From: Alphaproteobacteria bacterium
GTDB lineage: Bacteria; Pseudomonadota; Alphaproteobacteria; GCA-2731375
Direction of reading: 5' to 3'
NCBI GenBank assembly: GCA_965232515.1
Contig: CBDDPY010000002.1
Span: 2,240,001 to 2,304,000, forward strand
Length of the DNA: 64,000 bases
Shown here: positions 8,760-20,500 of the stretch, piece after piece
How the letters are laid out: every line of letters begins with the position of its first letter
Numbering within the stretch: the stretch's first letter is position 1
Translations under genes and position numbers: made by a program
The notes under the pieces: model-generated
The model's database searches: none
What the model was told of the DNA's origin: nothing
What the model saw: the letters and a program-made list of their open reading frames with translations, nothing else

Positions 8760-9719
8760 TCAGAGGCCGAGCGCGCCGCGCGCCGCGGCCATTGCGTCCC
8801 CGCCGTCCTGCGTGGTGACGCCGGCGAGCCAGCCGTCGAGCACGCCCGGATTCTTCTTCAGCCAGGCCTTGGCGGCGTCACGCGGCTCCTCGCCATCGTT
8901 CAGGATGGCGCCCATGATCTCGTTCTCCATGGCGAGTGTGAACGACAGGTTCTGGAGCAGCTTGCCGACATTGGCGCACTCGGTCGTATAGCCCTTGCGC
9001 ACGTTGGTGTAGACCGTGGCGCCGCCATAATTGGGTCCGAAAACGTCATCGCCGCCGGAAAGGTAAGTGAGCTCGAAGTTGGCGTTCATCGGGTGCGGCT
9101 CCCAGCCGAGGAACACGACATGCTCCTTCTTGCGGGCGGCGCGCGCCACCTGGGCCAGCATGCCCTGCTCGGAGGACTCGACGACCTCGAAGCCCTTCAG
9201 GCCGAAGGCGTCGGTCTCGATCATCTCCAGGATCAGCCGGTTGCCGTCGTTGCCCGGCTCGATGCCGTAGATCTTGCCGTCGAGCTCGTCGCGGAACTTG
9301 GCGATGTCGGCGAAGTCCTTGAGGCCGGCGTCCGCCGTGTAGCTCGGCACCGCGAGCGTGTATTTCGCGCCTTCGAGATTGACGCCGACGGTCTCGACCG
9401 AGCCGTCCTTGCGGTAGGGCGCGATGTCGCCCTCCATGGTCGGCATCCAGTTGCCGAGGAAGATGTCGATGTCCTTGTTCTTGAGCGCGGTGTAGGTGAC
9501 CGGCACCGACAGCACCTTGATGTCGGTCTCGTAGCCCAGCGCGTCCAGCACATAGGTCGTCGCCGCCGTGGTGGCGGTGATGTCGGTCCAGCCGACGTCG
9601 GAGAAGCGCACGGATTTGCAGCTCTCCGGCTCGGCCGCCGACGCCGGCGCAAGCGGCAGTGTCGCGGCAATGACGATGGCGCAGGCGGCGCCGAACGCCG
9701 GTCCGAGGATGCGGTTCAT
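8760..9719 (-). CDS. choX: Choline ABC transporter substrate-binding protein
   Basis: Signal peptide. VRFSDVGWTD, FLGNWMP, GIEPGNDGN and FLGWEPHPMN are ChoX-type motifs. RBS GGGAGA before ATG 9719. Confidence 0.9.
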   Translation of the reverse strand: MNRILGPAFGAACAIVIAATLPLAPASAAEPESCKSVRFSDVGWTDITATTAATTYVLDALGYETDIKVLSVPVTYTALKNKDIDIFLGNWMPTMEGDIAPYRKDGSVETVGVNLEGAKYTLAVPSYTADAGLKDFADIAKFRDELDGKIYGIEPGNDGNRLILEMIETDAFGLKGFEVVESSEQGMLAQVARAARKKEHVVFLGWEPHPMNANFELTYLSGGDDVFGPNYGGATVYTNVRKGYTTECANVGKLLQNLSFTLAMENEIMGAILNDGEEPRDAAKAWLKKNPGVLDGWLAGVTTQDGGDAMAAARGALGL

Positions 9720-9808
9720 GGTGTGATCTCCCTGCAGATATCGGCGCGCTTCACGTGCGCGCGTCTTTGCCTCGGCCAATCGAAGCAACATTCGGGACGC
9801 ATCGCAAG

Positions 9809-9837
9809 TTTTTATTGATTGAACAGTCAATTAAAAA
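9809..9837. promoter_or_regulatory. Probable BetI operator in the divergent choX/betI promoter
   Basis: Imperfect palindrome TTTTT-ATTGATTGAACAGTCAAT-TAAAAA. Confidence 0.75.
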
Positions 9838-9863
9838 TACCGTCGCCGTGGGAGGCAAGCCAG

Positions 9864-10454
9864 ATGCCGAAGCTGGGAATGGAGCCGATCCGGCGCAGTG
9901 CGCTGGTGGCGGCGGCGATCGAGGCGATCCACGCCGAGGGCTTCTGCGGCGTGACGGTGAGCCATATCGCCTCGCGCGCCGGCGTCTCCACCGGCCTGGC
10001 GCACCACTATTTCGGCTCCAAGGACCAGTTGCTGGCAGCGACCATGCGGCACCTGTTCAATCGTCTCGGCGAGGAGGTGGCGGCGCGGCTGCGGACCGCG
10101 CGCACGCCCGCCGAGCGGCTGACGGCGATCGTCGAGGGCAACTTCGCGCCGTCGCAGTTTCAGCCGAGCCTGATCTCGGCCTGGCTCGCTTTCTACATGC
10201 AGTCGCAGACCTCGCCGGCCGCCAACCATCTCTTGCGCATCTATCACCGGCGGCTGGCCAGCAATCTCGCCTTCGTCTTCCGGGCCTGGACGCCCGACCG
10301 CACGACGGCGCGGGACTGCGCGGAAACGGCCGCGGCGCTGATCGACGGCTTGTGGCTGCGGTTTGCCTTGAGTGAAACGCCACCCACGCCGGTGGCGGCG
10401 GCGCGCGACGTGGAGCGGCGCATCCTCGCTTTGTTCGATGGCGAACCGGCATGA
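9864..10454 (+). CDS. betI: Choline-responsive TetR-family repressor BetI
   Basis: N-terminus [11 protein letters not shown], Tet[24 protein letters not shown]. Confidence 0.93.
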   Translation: MPKLGMEPIRRSALVAAAIEAIHAEGFCGVTVSHIASRAGVSTGLAHHYFGSKDQLLAATMRHLFNRLGEEVAARLRTARTPAERLTAIVEGNFAPSQFQPSLISAWLAFYMQSQTSPAANHLLRIYHRRLASNLAFVFRAWTPDRTTARDCAETAAALIDGLWLRFALSETPPTPVAAARDVERRILALFDGEPA

Positions 10455-12106
10455 CGCGCGAAGCGGATTTCATCATCGTCGGCTCGGGCTCGGCCGGCAG
10501 CGCGCTCGCCAGCCGTTTGAGCGAGGACGGCCGACACGACGTGCTGGTGCTGGAATATGGCGGCATCGACGCCGGCCCGCTGATCCAGATGCCGGCGGCG
10601 CTGTCGTACCCGATGAACATGGCGCGTTACGACTGGGGCTACGAGACCGAGCCGGAGCCGTATCTCGGCGGCCGCCGCCTCGCCTGCCCGCGCGGCAAGG
10701 TGGTCGGCGGCACCTCGTCGATCAACGGCATGGTCTATGTGCGCGGCCACGCCCGGGACTACGATCACTGGGCGGACCAGGGCGCGGCCGGCTGGGCCTA
10801 TGCGGATGTTCTGCCTTATTTCAAGCGCATGGAATCATCACACGGCGGCGAGGCCGGTTGGCGCGGCACCGACGGACCGCTGCACGTGACGCGTGGACGC
10901 CGCCGTAACCCGCTATACGAGGCCTTCGTGCAGGCCGGACGCGAGGCCGGTTACGAATTGACCGAGGATTACAACGGCGCGCGGCAGGAAGGCTTCGGCG
11001 CCATGGAGATGACGGTCTGGCAGGGCCGACGCTGGTCGACGGCGAACGCCTATCTGAAGCCGGCGCTGAAGCGGTCAAATCTATCGCTGATGCGCTGCTT
11101 CGCGCGCCGCGTCGTGATCGAACAGGGCCGCGCCACCGGCGTCGAGATCGAACGCGGCGGCCGCATCGAAACGGTCAGCGCCCGGCGCGAGGTCATCCTC
11201 GCCGCGTCGGCCATCAACTCGCCGAAGCTGCTGATGCTCTCCGGCATCGGGCCGGCCAACGCGTTGCGCGCGCATGGCATCGACGTGATCGCCGACCGGC
11301 CGGGCGTCGGCAGCAACCTGCAGGACCATCTCGAACTCTACGTGCAGCAGGAATGCCGCCAGCCGATCACGCTCAACGGCAAGCTGAACCTGATGTCGAA
11401 GGCGCTGATCGGCGCTGAATGGCTGTTCTTCAAGTCAGGCGACGGCGCCACCAACCATTTCGAGTCGGCGGCCTTCGTGCGCTCCAAGGCCGGCGTCGAG
11501 TATCCCGACATCCAGTATCACTTCCTGCCGGCGGCGATCCGCTACGACGGCAAGTCGGCGGCAAAGGCGCACGGCTTTCAGGCGCATGTCGGGCCGATGC
11601 GCTCGGCCTCGCGCGGCGACGTGCGGTTGCGCTCCAGCGATCCGACGGACGATCCGGCGATCCGCTTCAACTACATGTCGCAGCCGGCGGACTGGGCGGA
11701 CTTCCGCACCTGCATCCGCCTGACTCGCGAGATCTTCGCCCAGCCGGCCTTCAAGAAATTCGCCGGCGCCGAGATCGCGCCCGGCGACGCGGCGCAGTCC
11801 GACGCGGCGCTCGACGACTATATCTGCGGCGCGGTCGAGAGCGCCTATCACCCCTGCGGCACCTGCCGCATGGGGCGCGCCGACGACATGCATGCGGTGG
11901 TCGACCCCGAATGCCGGGTGATCGGCGTCGACGGTCTCCGGGTCGCCGACAGCTCGATCTTCCCGCGCATCCCGAACGGGAATCTCAATGCGCCCTCGAT
12001 CATGGTCGGCGAGAAGGCCAGCGACCACATCCTCGGCCGGACGCCGCTGCCGCCGGCGAACCAGGAACCCTGGATCCACCCGCACTGGCGCGAGCGGCAG
12101 CGGTAA
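10451..12106 (+). CDS. betA: Choline dehydrogenase (GMC oxidoreductase)
   Basis: GSGSAG FAD motif, [41 protein letters not shown] overlap with betI. Confidence 0.95.
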   Translation: MTREADFIIVGSGSAGSALASRLSEDGRHDVLVLEYGGIDAGPLIQMPAALSYPMNMARYDWGYETEPEPYLGGRRLACPRGKVVGGTSSINGMVYVRGHARDYDHWADQGAAGWAYADVLPYFKRMESSHGGEAGWRGTDGPLHVTRGRRRNPLYEAFVQAGREAGYELTEDYNGARQEGFGAMEMTVWQGRRWSTANAYLKPALKRSNLSLMRCFARRVVIEQGRATGVEIERGGRIETVSARREVILAASAINSPKLLMLSGIGPANALRAHGIDVIADRPGVGSNLQDHLELYVQQECRQPITLNGKLNLMSKALIGAEWLFFKSGDGATNHFESAAFVRSKAGVEYPDIQYHFLPAAIRYDGKSAAKAHGFQAHVGPMRSASRGDVRLRSSDPTDDPAIRFNYMSQPADWADFRTCIRLTREIFAQPAFKKFAGAEIAPGDAAQSDAALDDYICGAVESAYHPCGTCRMGRADDMHAVVDPECRVIGVDGLRVADSSIFPRIPNGNLNAPSIMVGEKASDHILGRTPLPPANQEPWIHPHWRERQR

Positions 12107-12183
12107 TGAATATCCCGACCGACGGAAGAAAACCAATGATCGAGATCGATGACAAGATTCTAAGCGCTTGAATATGTATGGGG

Positions 12184-12738
12184 CTAGATTTCGATCATTC
12201 TGGTTTCTTGTGCCCAAGCGCGCCAGTCGATTTCTTCTGAGTTCACCAGTTCCAATGACTCTTCGAGCGCATGGTGGTTCATAAAAAGAGTCAAATTCTG
12301 GCACTGCCAACGTGCCGAGGGTGAAATCAAACCATCGAGGCCCATGTAGTTTATGGCGGTTCCGATGACTTGCGTTTGCGCATAGTTGCGTTCGCCATAG
12401 CGTTCGGGATCTACGCCCAATTGCTCTAGGTCTGCCATCGACAGCGTAACGGTTTTGCTCGTAGTTACCGCAAGCTCGTGGACAACAAGCGGTTTGGACG
12501 GCATTGGGTTTTGCAGCGCTAGATAAGATACAACTTCTGCCAGTGCTCCGTCCCGTTCGAAGCTTGTGTATAAGACGGGAAATCCCGGCTCGCCATTAGG
12601 CCGGGGAGCCCAACGGCCGCCATTGAGAGAGGCGGCCGTTGGGTCAAAGCTCTTACCAGTGACGCGAAAAACTGACCCTCTGAAAGAAGTTTGTTCGCAT
12701 TGAGCCAGCGTGTCGGTCAGCTTTTGGTCAATTTTCAC
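12184..12738 (-). CDS. RES-domain toxin (putative NAD+ phosphorylase/ADP-ribosyltransferase)
   Basis: FR..GGRW, LYTS..ALAEV, Y..TQ.IG and GLISPSAR carry the R-E-S residues. GTG start. AT-richer than flanks. Confidence 0.88.
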   Translation of the reverse strand: MKIDQKLTDTLAQCEQTSFRGSVFRVTGKSFDPTAASLNGGRWAPRPNGEPGFPVLYTSFERDGALAEVVSYLALQNPMPSKPLVVHELAVTTSKTVTLSMADLEQLGVDPERYGERNYAQTQVIGTAINYMGLDGLISPSARWQCQNLTLFMNHHALEESLELVNSEEIDWRAWAQETRMIEI

Positions 12739-12756
12739 GAGCCGGTCCTAGACACT

Positions 12757-13095
12757 CTACATATGGACAGCATCCCGCATCTGATTGACCAGATGTCGGA
12801 CATCATCAATCCGTCCATTCTGTATCAACTCAGCAGGCGAATGGCCTTGGAGGAGCTTTTGCGGCGCGAACATCCATTGCCGAGCTTCACTCGGCTCATA
12901 GAAATCAGATAGTTGATCGACAATATACTCTAGCTCAAGGAGCGTCTTCTCTTTCTTTGGTTGTGGATATGCACGGCCTTGATTCCATCTTGAAACCGTT
13001 TCCGGCCTTGTTCCAAGAAGGTTAGCGACTTCGGTACTTCTCATCGCTCCCTTCGATTTGATGGTGTCCAGCCGCTTTGCAACGGCTCCCATCAT
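12757..13095 (-). CDS. Xre/MbcA/ParS-type antitoxin (HTH + DUF2384-like C-terminus)
   Basis: HTH STEVANLLGTRPETVSRWNQG. C-terminal ARQWMFAPQKLLQGHSPAELI. Strong RBS GGAGGGAGGG. Confidence 0.87.
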   Translation of the reverse strand: MMGAVAKRLDTIKSKGAMRSTEVANLLGTRPETVSRWNQGRAYPQPKKEKTLLELEYIVDQLSDFYEPSEARQWMFAPQKLLQGHSPAELIQNGRIDDVRHLVNQMRDAVHM

Positions 13096-13143
13096 GTCCC
13101 TCCCTCCAATTTTGTGATCATCGCAGTTCCTCCTTTCAACGCA

Positions 13144-14445
13144 TTACTTTCGTCGGTTGTCTTCTCTTGTCTGCCGGTCCAGTGGAGCCTTAGTCGGTTC
13201 CTCTATCGGATTGACTTCTGCTAAATGCGCCATCGCCTGGCGGAAACGACCCATCTTCTTTTGCTTTTCCGTTAGGTTCTTCTTTAGAGTGGCGTCCAAC
13301 GACTTAAATCCTGTCGTCGCCGCGACGTCATCAGAAACACGGCGAACTTCGTTATCGAGATAGGTCTGGATACGCACCGCTTCGGGCGCAGCGCTGATTT
13401 CCTTAACTTGCCGCGAGCGTTGATAAACGAAATGACGGGACGGGTGCTGCAGCATATCGGGTACGCCCTTTGGACAGCAGTGAGTGTCCAGGCAACCAAA
13501 CCGACCATGCAAACGCGAATTGGACTTAAGGAGCGCAGCCGCATCCGCAGGCTTCAAAAGCAAATCAAGCTTGGGAAAATACACGCGTACCGGCAGCCCA
13601 CCACCTTGTTTCGATTTGCGTGGATTTCGCCATGGAGCAGGCCTGAATCCTTCAAGCATCGTAATGCCGTGTGCGATGCCGCCAACAGCACTGAAAGCCA
13701 TTAGACCCAAACCAGGCAAACCGCCAACCTGATCTGCCACAATCGGCACGCCAAGCGCCTGGAAATCGGTGCAAGCCTCTATGTAGGCAGCCGTCTTCTC
13801 GCCCGTCGCATCTGAACCGAAATTCTCAATTCTCAACCACAACGCCTCGAAAGGTGCATCCGCCACGGCGGCAACGAGGGCTCGCCTTTGAACGCGGTCG
13901 CGCAGTATCTGAATTGGCAGTGCCAGCGAGTACAGCAGAGATAATTCCGATCCCTGCCTGTCGAGTGCTTCCTGCAGATAACCCATCATCGCGATGTCGC
14001 GGCGCAACCAAGGATCGTTCGGACTTTGCAAAATATGGGTTGGACCGAGGATTTGTGTGAAACCATAGGTTTGCGCAAACTCAGCGATTTGAGCGGCACA
14101 TTTGCGACCCTGGAACATATCGAAGTCTTCTAGTCGATTCGGACGATCCATCCCCCATGGCAGGTCACCAATTGAGCTCGAATAGCCACCAATAGTTGCA
14201 GCCTTTTGGGTTTGAGGGTCGAGAACAACATCCAGATTTTTCTTGAGAGCTTCGGCAATCAGTTCCTTATGCCGAACGGCACAGGAAGCATCAATTATGA
14301 CACCGAAAAAGTCGCTTATGCCCTCGGCCAGCAGGCCCAGCATATCCTTATGCTGATTGTGACCGACGCGGAGATACAAACCCAACCGGCGCATTTCTGG
14401 GCGCGCTCCGACCGGGCGCGGCAGGTGAACCACTTGACCAGACAT
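13144..14445 (-). CDS. 433-aa hypothetical protein, probable TIM barrel with C-terminal Cys/His cluster
   Basis: Alternating beta/alpha pattern, VVLDPQT, ILGPTH, GCLDTHCC..RHF. RBS AAGGAG. First gene of the Xre-RES operon. Confidence 0.8.
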   Translation of the reverse strand: MSGQVVHLPRPVGARPEMRRLGLYLRVGHNQHKDMLGLLAEGISDFFGVIIDASCAVRHKELIAEALKKNLDVVLDPQTQKAATIGGYSSSIGDLPWGMDRPNRLEDFDMFQGRKCAAQIAEFAQTYGFTQILGPTHILQSPNDPWLRRDIAMMGYLQEALDRQGSELSLLYSLALPIQILRDRVQRRALVAAVADAPFEALWLRIENFGSDATGEKTAAYIEACTDFQALGVPIVADQVGGLPGLGLMAFSAVGGIAHGITMLEGFRPAPWRNPRKSKQGGGLPVRVYFPKLDLLLKPADAAALLKSNSRLHGRFGCLDTHCCPKGVPDMLQHPSRHFVYQRSRQVKEISAAPEAVRIQTYLDNEVRRVSDDVAATTGFKSLDATLKKNLTEKQKKMGRFRQAMAHLAEVNPIEEPTKAPLDRQTREDNRRK

Positions 14446-14464
14446 GGAGTGTTCTCCTTTCTGG

Positions 14465-14548
14465 ATTGACTATATCATTGACAAATATATTGCGCAATAA
14501 ATTGTTTTTATAATTGACGTAATTGTTGACGAATTTGTTAATCATAGC
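14465..14548. repeat. Degenerate 12-bp tandem repeat array (about 7 units) in the AT-rich operon promoter
   Basis: ATTGACTATATC/ATTGACAAATAT/ATTGCGCAATAA/ATTGTTTTTATA/ATTGACGTAATT/GTTGACGAATTT/GTTAATCATAGC. Confidence 0.7.
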
Positions 14549-14657
14549 GTCGGGCCAATGCCTGTGTGCATAACCATGATGAAGGGTGGTCCGCTTGGAA
14601 TCACTTTATGGCTGTCGACGCGACCCTCGGCACTACGGCCGCAAATGATCTGTGCCT

Positions 14658-15752
14658 CTACTCCAAGCGTCGCCGGAACAGCCAAGCCGCGGCGCTGAGG
14701 GTGCAGAGGGCGATGAGGGCGAGCGGCCAGGTGTTGTCGACGACGTTGATGGCCGGCATGTCCTTGGTGAAGACGCCGTTGACGACGACGATGAAGTGGC
14801 GCAGCGGGTTGATCAGCGTGAACTGCTGCAGCCAGTCCGGCATGTTCTCGACCGGGCTGGCGAAGCCCGAGAGCAGGATCGCCGGCGCGGCGAAGAGGAA
14901 GCTGCCGAGGAAGGCCTGCTGCTGTGTCTGCGACAGCGAGGAAATGAACAGGCCAACGCCGATCACGGACAGGAGATACATCACCAGGCTGCCGTAGAGC
15001 AGCAGCAGCGAGCCGGTGAACGGCACGGCGAACGCGAAGACCGCGGCGATGAGAAACACCGTGCCGTGGAACAGGCCGATCAGCAGCGACGGCACGGTCT
15101 TGCCGACCAGGATCTCGGCCGGCGTCAGCGGCGAGACCAGCAGCTGGTCGAAGGTGCCGAGCTCGCGCTCGCGCGCCACCGACAGGGCCGTGACCGACAA
15201 GCCGATCAGCAGCGTGATGGTGCCGATCAGGCTCGGCACGATGAACCATTGATGCTCGAGGTTGGGATTGAACCAGTCGCGCGTCACCAGCACGCTCGGT
15301 GGGCCGGCCGCGAGGTCACGATTGAACTGGTCGACGATGCGCGCGGCATAGCCCTGCACGATCTGCGCCGCGTTCGAGCGCCGGCCGTCGAGAATGAGCT
15401 GCGCCGTCGCCGGCCGGCCGGCGGCGATGTCCGCGGAAAAGCTCTGCGGCAGATGCAGCACGACGAGCGCTTCCTGCCGGTCGATGACGGGGCGGATCTC
15501 GGCGACGCCGTCGAGGAAGCGGATCTCGCGGAACGTGGGTGCGCCGACGAAGCGTTGCACCAGCTCGTGCGACCACTTGCCGGGATCCTGGTTGAGCACG
15601 GCCATGCGCACGTTCTCCACATCGAGCGTGGCAGCGAAGCTGAAGACCACGAGCTGCAGCAGCGGCGGCACGATCAGCACCATGCGGCCGCGCGGGTCGC
15701 GCAGGATCGCCAGCAGCTCCTTGACGATCAGGGCGGTGACGCGGCCAAGCAT
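14658..15752 (-). CDS. ybhR: ABC-2 exporter permease (YbhR-like)
   Basis: KELLAILRDP, ARERELGTFDQLLVSP, LSGFASPVENMP. The ORF-track start at 17012 is over-extended. Confidence 0.85.
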   Translation of the reverse strand: MLGRVTALIVKELLAILRDPRGRMVLIVPPLLQLVVFSFAATLDVENVRMAVLNQDPGKWSHELVQRFVGAPTFREIRFLDGVAEIRPVIDRQEALVVLHLPQSFSADIAAGRPATAQLILDGRRSNAAQIVQGYAARIVDQFNRDLAAGPPSVLVTRDWFNPNLEHQWFIVPSLIGTITLLIGLSVTALSVARERELGTFDQLLVSPLTPAEILVGKTVPSLLIGLFHGTVFLIAAVFAFAVPFTGSLLLLYGSLVMYLLSVIGVGLFISSLSQTQQQAFLGSFLFAAPAILLSGFASPVENMPDWLQQFTLINPLRHFIVVVNGVFTKDMPAINVVDNTWPLALIALCTLSAAAWLFRRRLE

Positions 15753-15754
15753 GA

Positions 15755-16917
15755 TCAGTCCAGCCGCTTCTTCGTGTTGCGCACGGCGAGGCCGAACAGC
15801 ACGGCGCCGATGCCGAGCATGATCGCGATGTTGGGCAGCAGCAGCGGCCAGATGTCGCCGGTCAGGAACAGCGTCTGCAGGCTGTTGACGAAGTAGCGCG
15901 CCGGAATGACGTGGGTGATCGCCTGAATGACGGGCGGCATACTGGCGATCTCGTAGATGAAGCCCGACAGCAGCATGGCCGGCAGGAAGCCGGCGAACAG
16001 CGCGATCTGCGAGGCGACGAACTGGTTCTTGGCGACGGCGGAGATCAGATAACCGAGGCCGAGTGCCGGGCAGAGAAAGGCGGCCGACACGATGGTCAGG
16101 GCAACGACGGAGCCGCGGAACGGCACGCCGAACAGGCCGATCGCCAGCAGCGTGCAGCCGGCCATCGAGGCCATGCCGAGCGCAAAGTAAGGCGCGATCT
16201 TGCCGCCCAGCAGCTCCAGCGTGCTGACCGGCGTCGCCAGCATCGCCTCCATGGTGCCGCGCTCCCATTCCCGCGCGATGACGAGCGCCGTCAGCAGCGT
16301 GCCGATCAGCGTCATGACGATGGCGACCGAGCCCGGCACCAGGAAATTCCGGCTCTCCAGCTCCTCGTTGAACCAGTAGCGGGATTCGAGCGCGACATTG
16401 GCGGCGTCGGCGAGGCCGTGCTCGAGGCGGCGCTGCTGCTGCCAGTTGGACCAGACGCCTTGCGCGTAGTTCTGCACGAAGTTGGCCGTGTTCGGCTGGG
16501 TGCCGTCGGCGATGACCTGGATCGGCGCCACCTGGCTTGCCTGCATCAGGCGCGACGAGAAGTCCTGCGGCACCACGACAATGCCGCGGATGTCGCCGGC
16601 GATCAGGTCGGGGACGACCTCGCGACGGTCGCGGACGATGCGCGTGTCGAAGAACCGCGAGTTGGTGAAGGCGACGGCGAGGCTCTGGACCTCGGGCGAG
16701 GTGTCCTCCAGCACCAGGCCAATCCTGATCTTGTTGGCGTCGAGCGAGACGCCGAAGCCGAACAGGAACAACAGGATAAACGGCAGGACGAAGGCGATGA
16801 GGATGCTGCTGGGATCGCGAAAGACCTGGATGGTCTCCTTGCGGATCAGCGCCCGAAACCGGCGACCGCGCTGGCCGGTGGCGATCTCGATCCGCTCGTG
16901 ACCGGCGGCGCGGGCCT

Positions 16918-16921
<4 letters not shown>
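15755..16921 (-). CDS. ybhS: ABC-2 exporter permease (YbhS-like)
   Basis: KETIQVFRDPSS, AREWERGTMEAMLATP. Confidence 0.85.
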
Positions 16922-18654
<1,733 letters not shown>

Positions 18655-18657
18655 GGC

Positions 18658-19659
18658 TCATGCCCCATCGTCGCCGGTCTTGAGCGTGACCGTAACCGGC
18701 ATGCCCTGGCGCAGGCCGTTGTCGGGATTGTCGACGATGACCCTGAGCCGATAGACGAGATCGGTGCGGAGGCTGGTGGTCTCGACGGTCTTGGGCGTGA
18801 ACTCGGCGACCGGCGAGATGAAGCCGATCTGGCCGGCATAAATCTTGTCGGGCGCGCTGTCGGTGGTGACGGCAGCCGGCATGCCGGGATAGATGCGGCC
18901 GAGATCGGGCTCGGCCACGTAGGTGCGCACCCAGACCGGTTCGGTGAGCGACAAGGTGTAGACCGGCGCGCCCTCGGCGACGATGGCGCCGGGCTCCTGG
19001 ATGCGGGTCAGGATCACGCCGCCGACGGGCGCATGGATCTCGGTATCTGCGAGCCGGGTGCGGGCGAGCGCCAGGCGGGCGTTGGCGCCCTGCAGGCCGG
19101 CGCGCGCCTCGGCGATGTCCTCCTGACGGAAGCCCTCGACGGCAAGCGCCAGGGCCTCCTCGGCCGATTTCAGGCGGGCCGCGACCTCGTTCCTTTCGGC
19201 GACCGCGTCATCGTAGGCTTGCTTCGAGACATGGCCGGCCTTGACCAGGCGCGAACGGCGTTCGAGCACCAGGCCCGCGTTCTTGAGCGAGGCCTCGCGT
19301 TCCGCCACCAGCGCGCGGGCCTGGGCGATCTCGCTCGGCCGGGTGCCGGTCTCCATCTTCAGCAGGTTGGCGGCGGCAGCGGCGACATCGGCTTCCGCCA
19401 CGTCGACGTCATCCTTAAAAGGCACCTTGTCGAGGGCGGCGATCACCTGCCCGGCCGCGATCGTATCGCCCTCCTCGAACGGCATGGCCTCGATGCGGCC
19501 GCCGACGCGGAAACCGAGATCGACCTGGCGGATGTCGACATTGCCGTAGAGCTTGAGCGCGTTCGGATCGCCGCCCGTATCGCGCAGCCAGGCATAGGCG
19601 CCGGCGCCGGACGCGGCGAGCACCAGGGCGGCCAGGATCAATGGCCGGGCTTTCATCAT
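18658..19659 (-). CDS. ybhG: HlyD-family membrane fusion protein (YbhG-like)
   Basis: YGNVDIRQV, ISPVAEFTPKTVET, LRQGMPVTV. Confidence 0.88.
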   Translation of the reverse strand: MMKARPLILAALVLAASGAGAYAWLRDTGGDPNALKLYGNVDIRQVDLGFRVGGRIEAMPFEEGDTIAAGQVIAALDKVPFKDDVDVAEADVAAAAANLLKMETGTRPSEIAQARALVAEREASLKNAGLVLERRSRLVKAGHVSKQAYDDAVAERNEVAARLKSAEEALALAVEGFRQEDIAEARAGLQGANARLALARTRLADTEIHAPVGGVILTRIQEPGAIVAEGAPVYTLSLTEPVWVRTYVAEPDLGRIYPGMPAAVTTDSAPDKIYAGQIGFISPVAEFTPKTVETTSLRTDLVYRLRVIVDNPDNGLRQGMPVTVTLKTGDDGA

Positions 19660-20336
19660 CCATCTCCCGTGGCCGACGCGTAGAGCTGCGTTGTCTGCTG
19701 ACGGATCACGGCGCGGATGGCGTCGACCTGGGCGTCATCCAAGTGCTGGGCGCCTAGGCGCCGCAGTACCGCTTCGCGCGCAACGCGAAAGATCAGCACC
19801 TGGCCCATCAGGGTGAAGGCGCGGATCAGAACTTCCGGATCGTCGGCGGGCCTGCCGAGCAGACGGCCGACCAGCTCGCAGATCAGCGTGTGGAACTGCC
19901 GCATGCGGCCCTCGTAGAGCGCGTCGAACGCCTCGGTCGGATGCGTCTGCTCGCGGATGATGATGCGGGCCCAGGCCTCGGGCTCATCTGAACCGACGAG
20001 CAGCAAGGCGAAGCGGTCGAGCAGGGCGTTCAGGTGCGCGAGCAGCTCGGCCGGCGGCACGTCCGGCCGCCGCAGCGCGCCGATGACCTCGACCGCCACG
20101 GGCCGCATATGCTCGCCGATGCGCGTCGCGACATGCTCGATGACGGCGCGGTAGAGACCCTCCTTGCCGCCGAAATAGTAGGGGATGGCGGCGAGATTGA
20201 CGCCGGCCCGGTCGGCCAACATACGGGTGGTCGCGCCCTCAAAGCTGTAGAGCCCGAAGACCTCGAGCCCGGATTCGATCAGCTGCCGCCGCGCCTCCTC
20301 GCCGCGGCCGTCGGCGCGGGTACCGGTCTTTTCCAT
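19656..20336 (-). CDS. cecR: TetR-family regulator CecR/YbiH-like (DUF1956 C-terminus)
   Basis: GVNLAAIPYYFGGKEGLY, IIREQTHPT. Heads the ybhGFSR operon. Confidence 0.8.
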   Translation of the reverse strand: MEKTGTRADGRGEEARRQLIESGLEVFGLYSFEGATTRMLADRAGVNLAAIPYYFGGKEGLYRAVIEHVATRIGEHMRPVAVEVIGALRRPDVPPAELLAHLNALLDRFALLLVGSDEPEAWARIIIREQTHPTEAFDALYEGRMRQFHTLICELVGRLLGRPADDPEVLIRAFTLMGQVLIFRVAREAVLRRLGAQHLDDAQVDAIRAVIRQQTTQLYASATGDG

Positions 20337-20381
20337 CTCACGCCTTTCCTTACCGTTGCGTCAGATATAGTCATTCATGCG

Positions 20382-20405
20382 AATAATTCAATCGATTGAT
20401 TTATT
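20382..20405. promoter_or_regulatory. Probable CecR operator
   Basis: Near-perfect palindrome AATAATTCAATCGATTGATTTATT upstream of cecR. Confidence 0.7.
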
Positions 20406-20500
20406 TCCGCTCGGAGGTGTGTTCGAGCCCAGCCTCGACCACATGACGGGTATGAAAGGCGCTAGTCTGTCAAAGAAGCGTAGTTGACGGAGAGGATGGC

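Noticed and set aside
12136-12171. MIEIDDKILSA* as a truncated Lrp/AsnC regulator
   Set aside because: Only 11 codons, and explained at least as well by the inverted copy of the RES 3' end.
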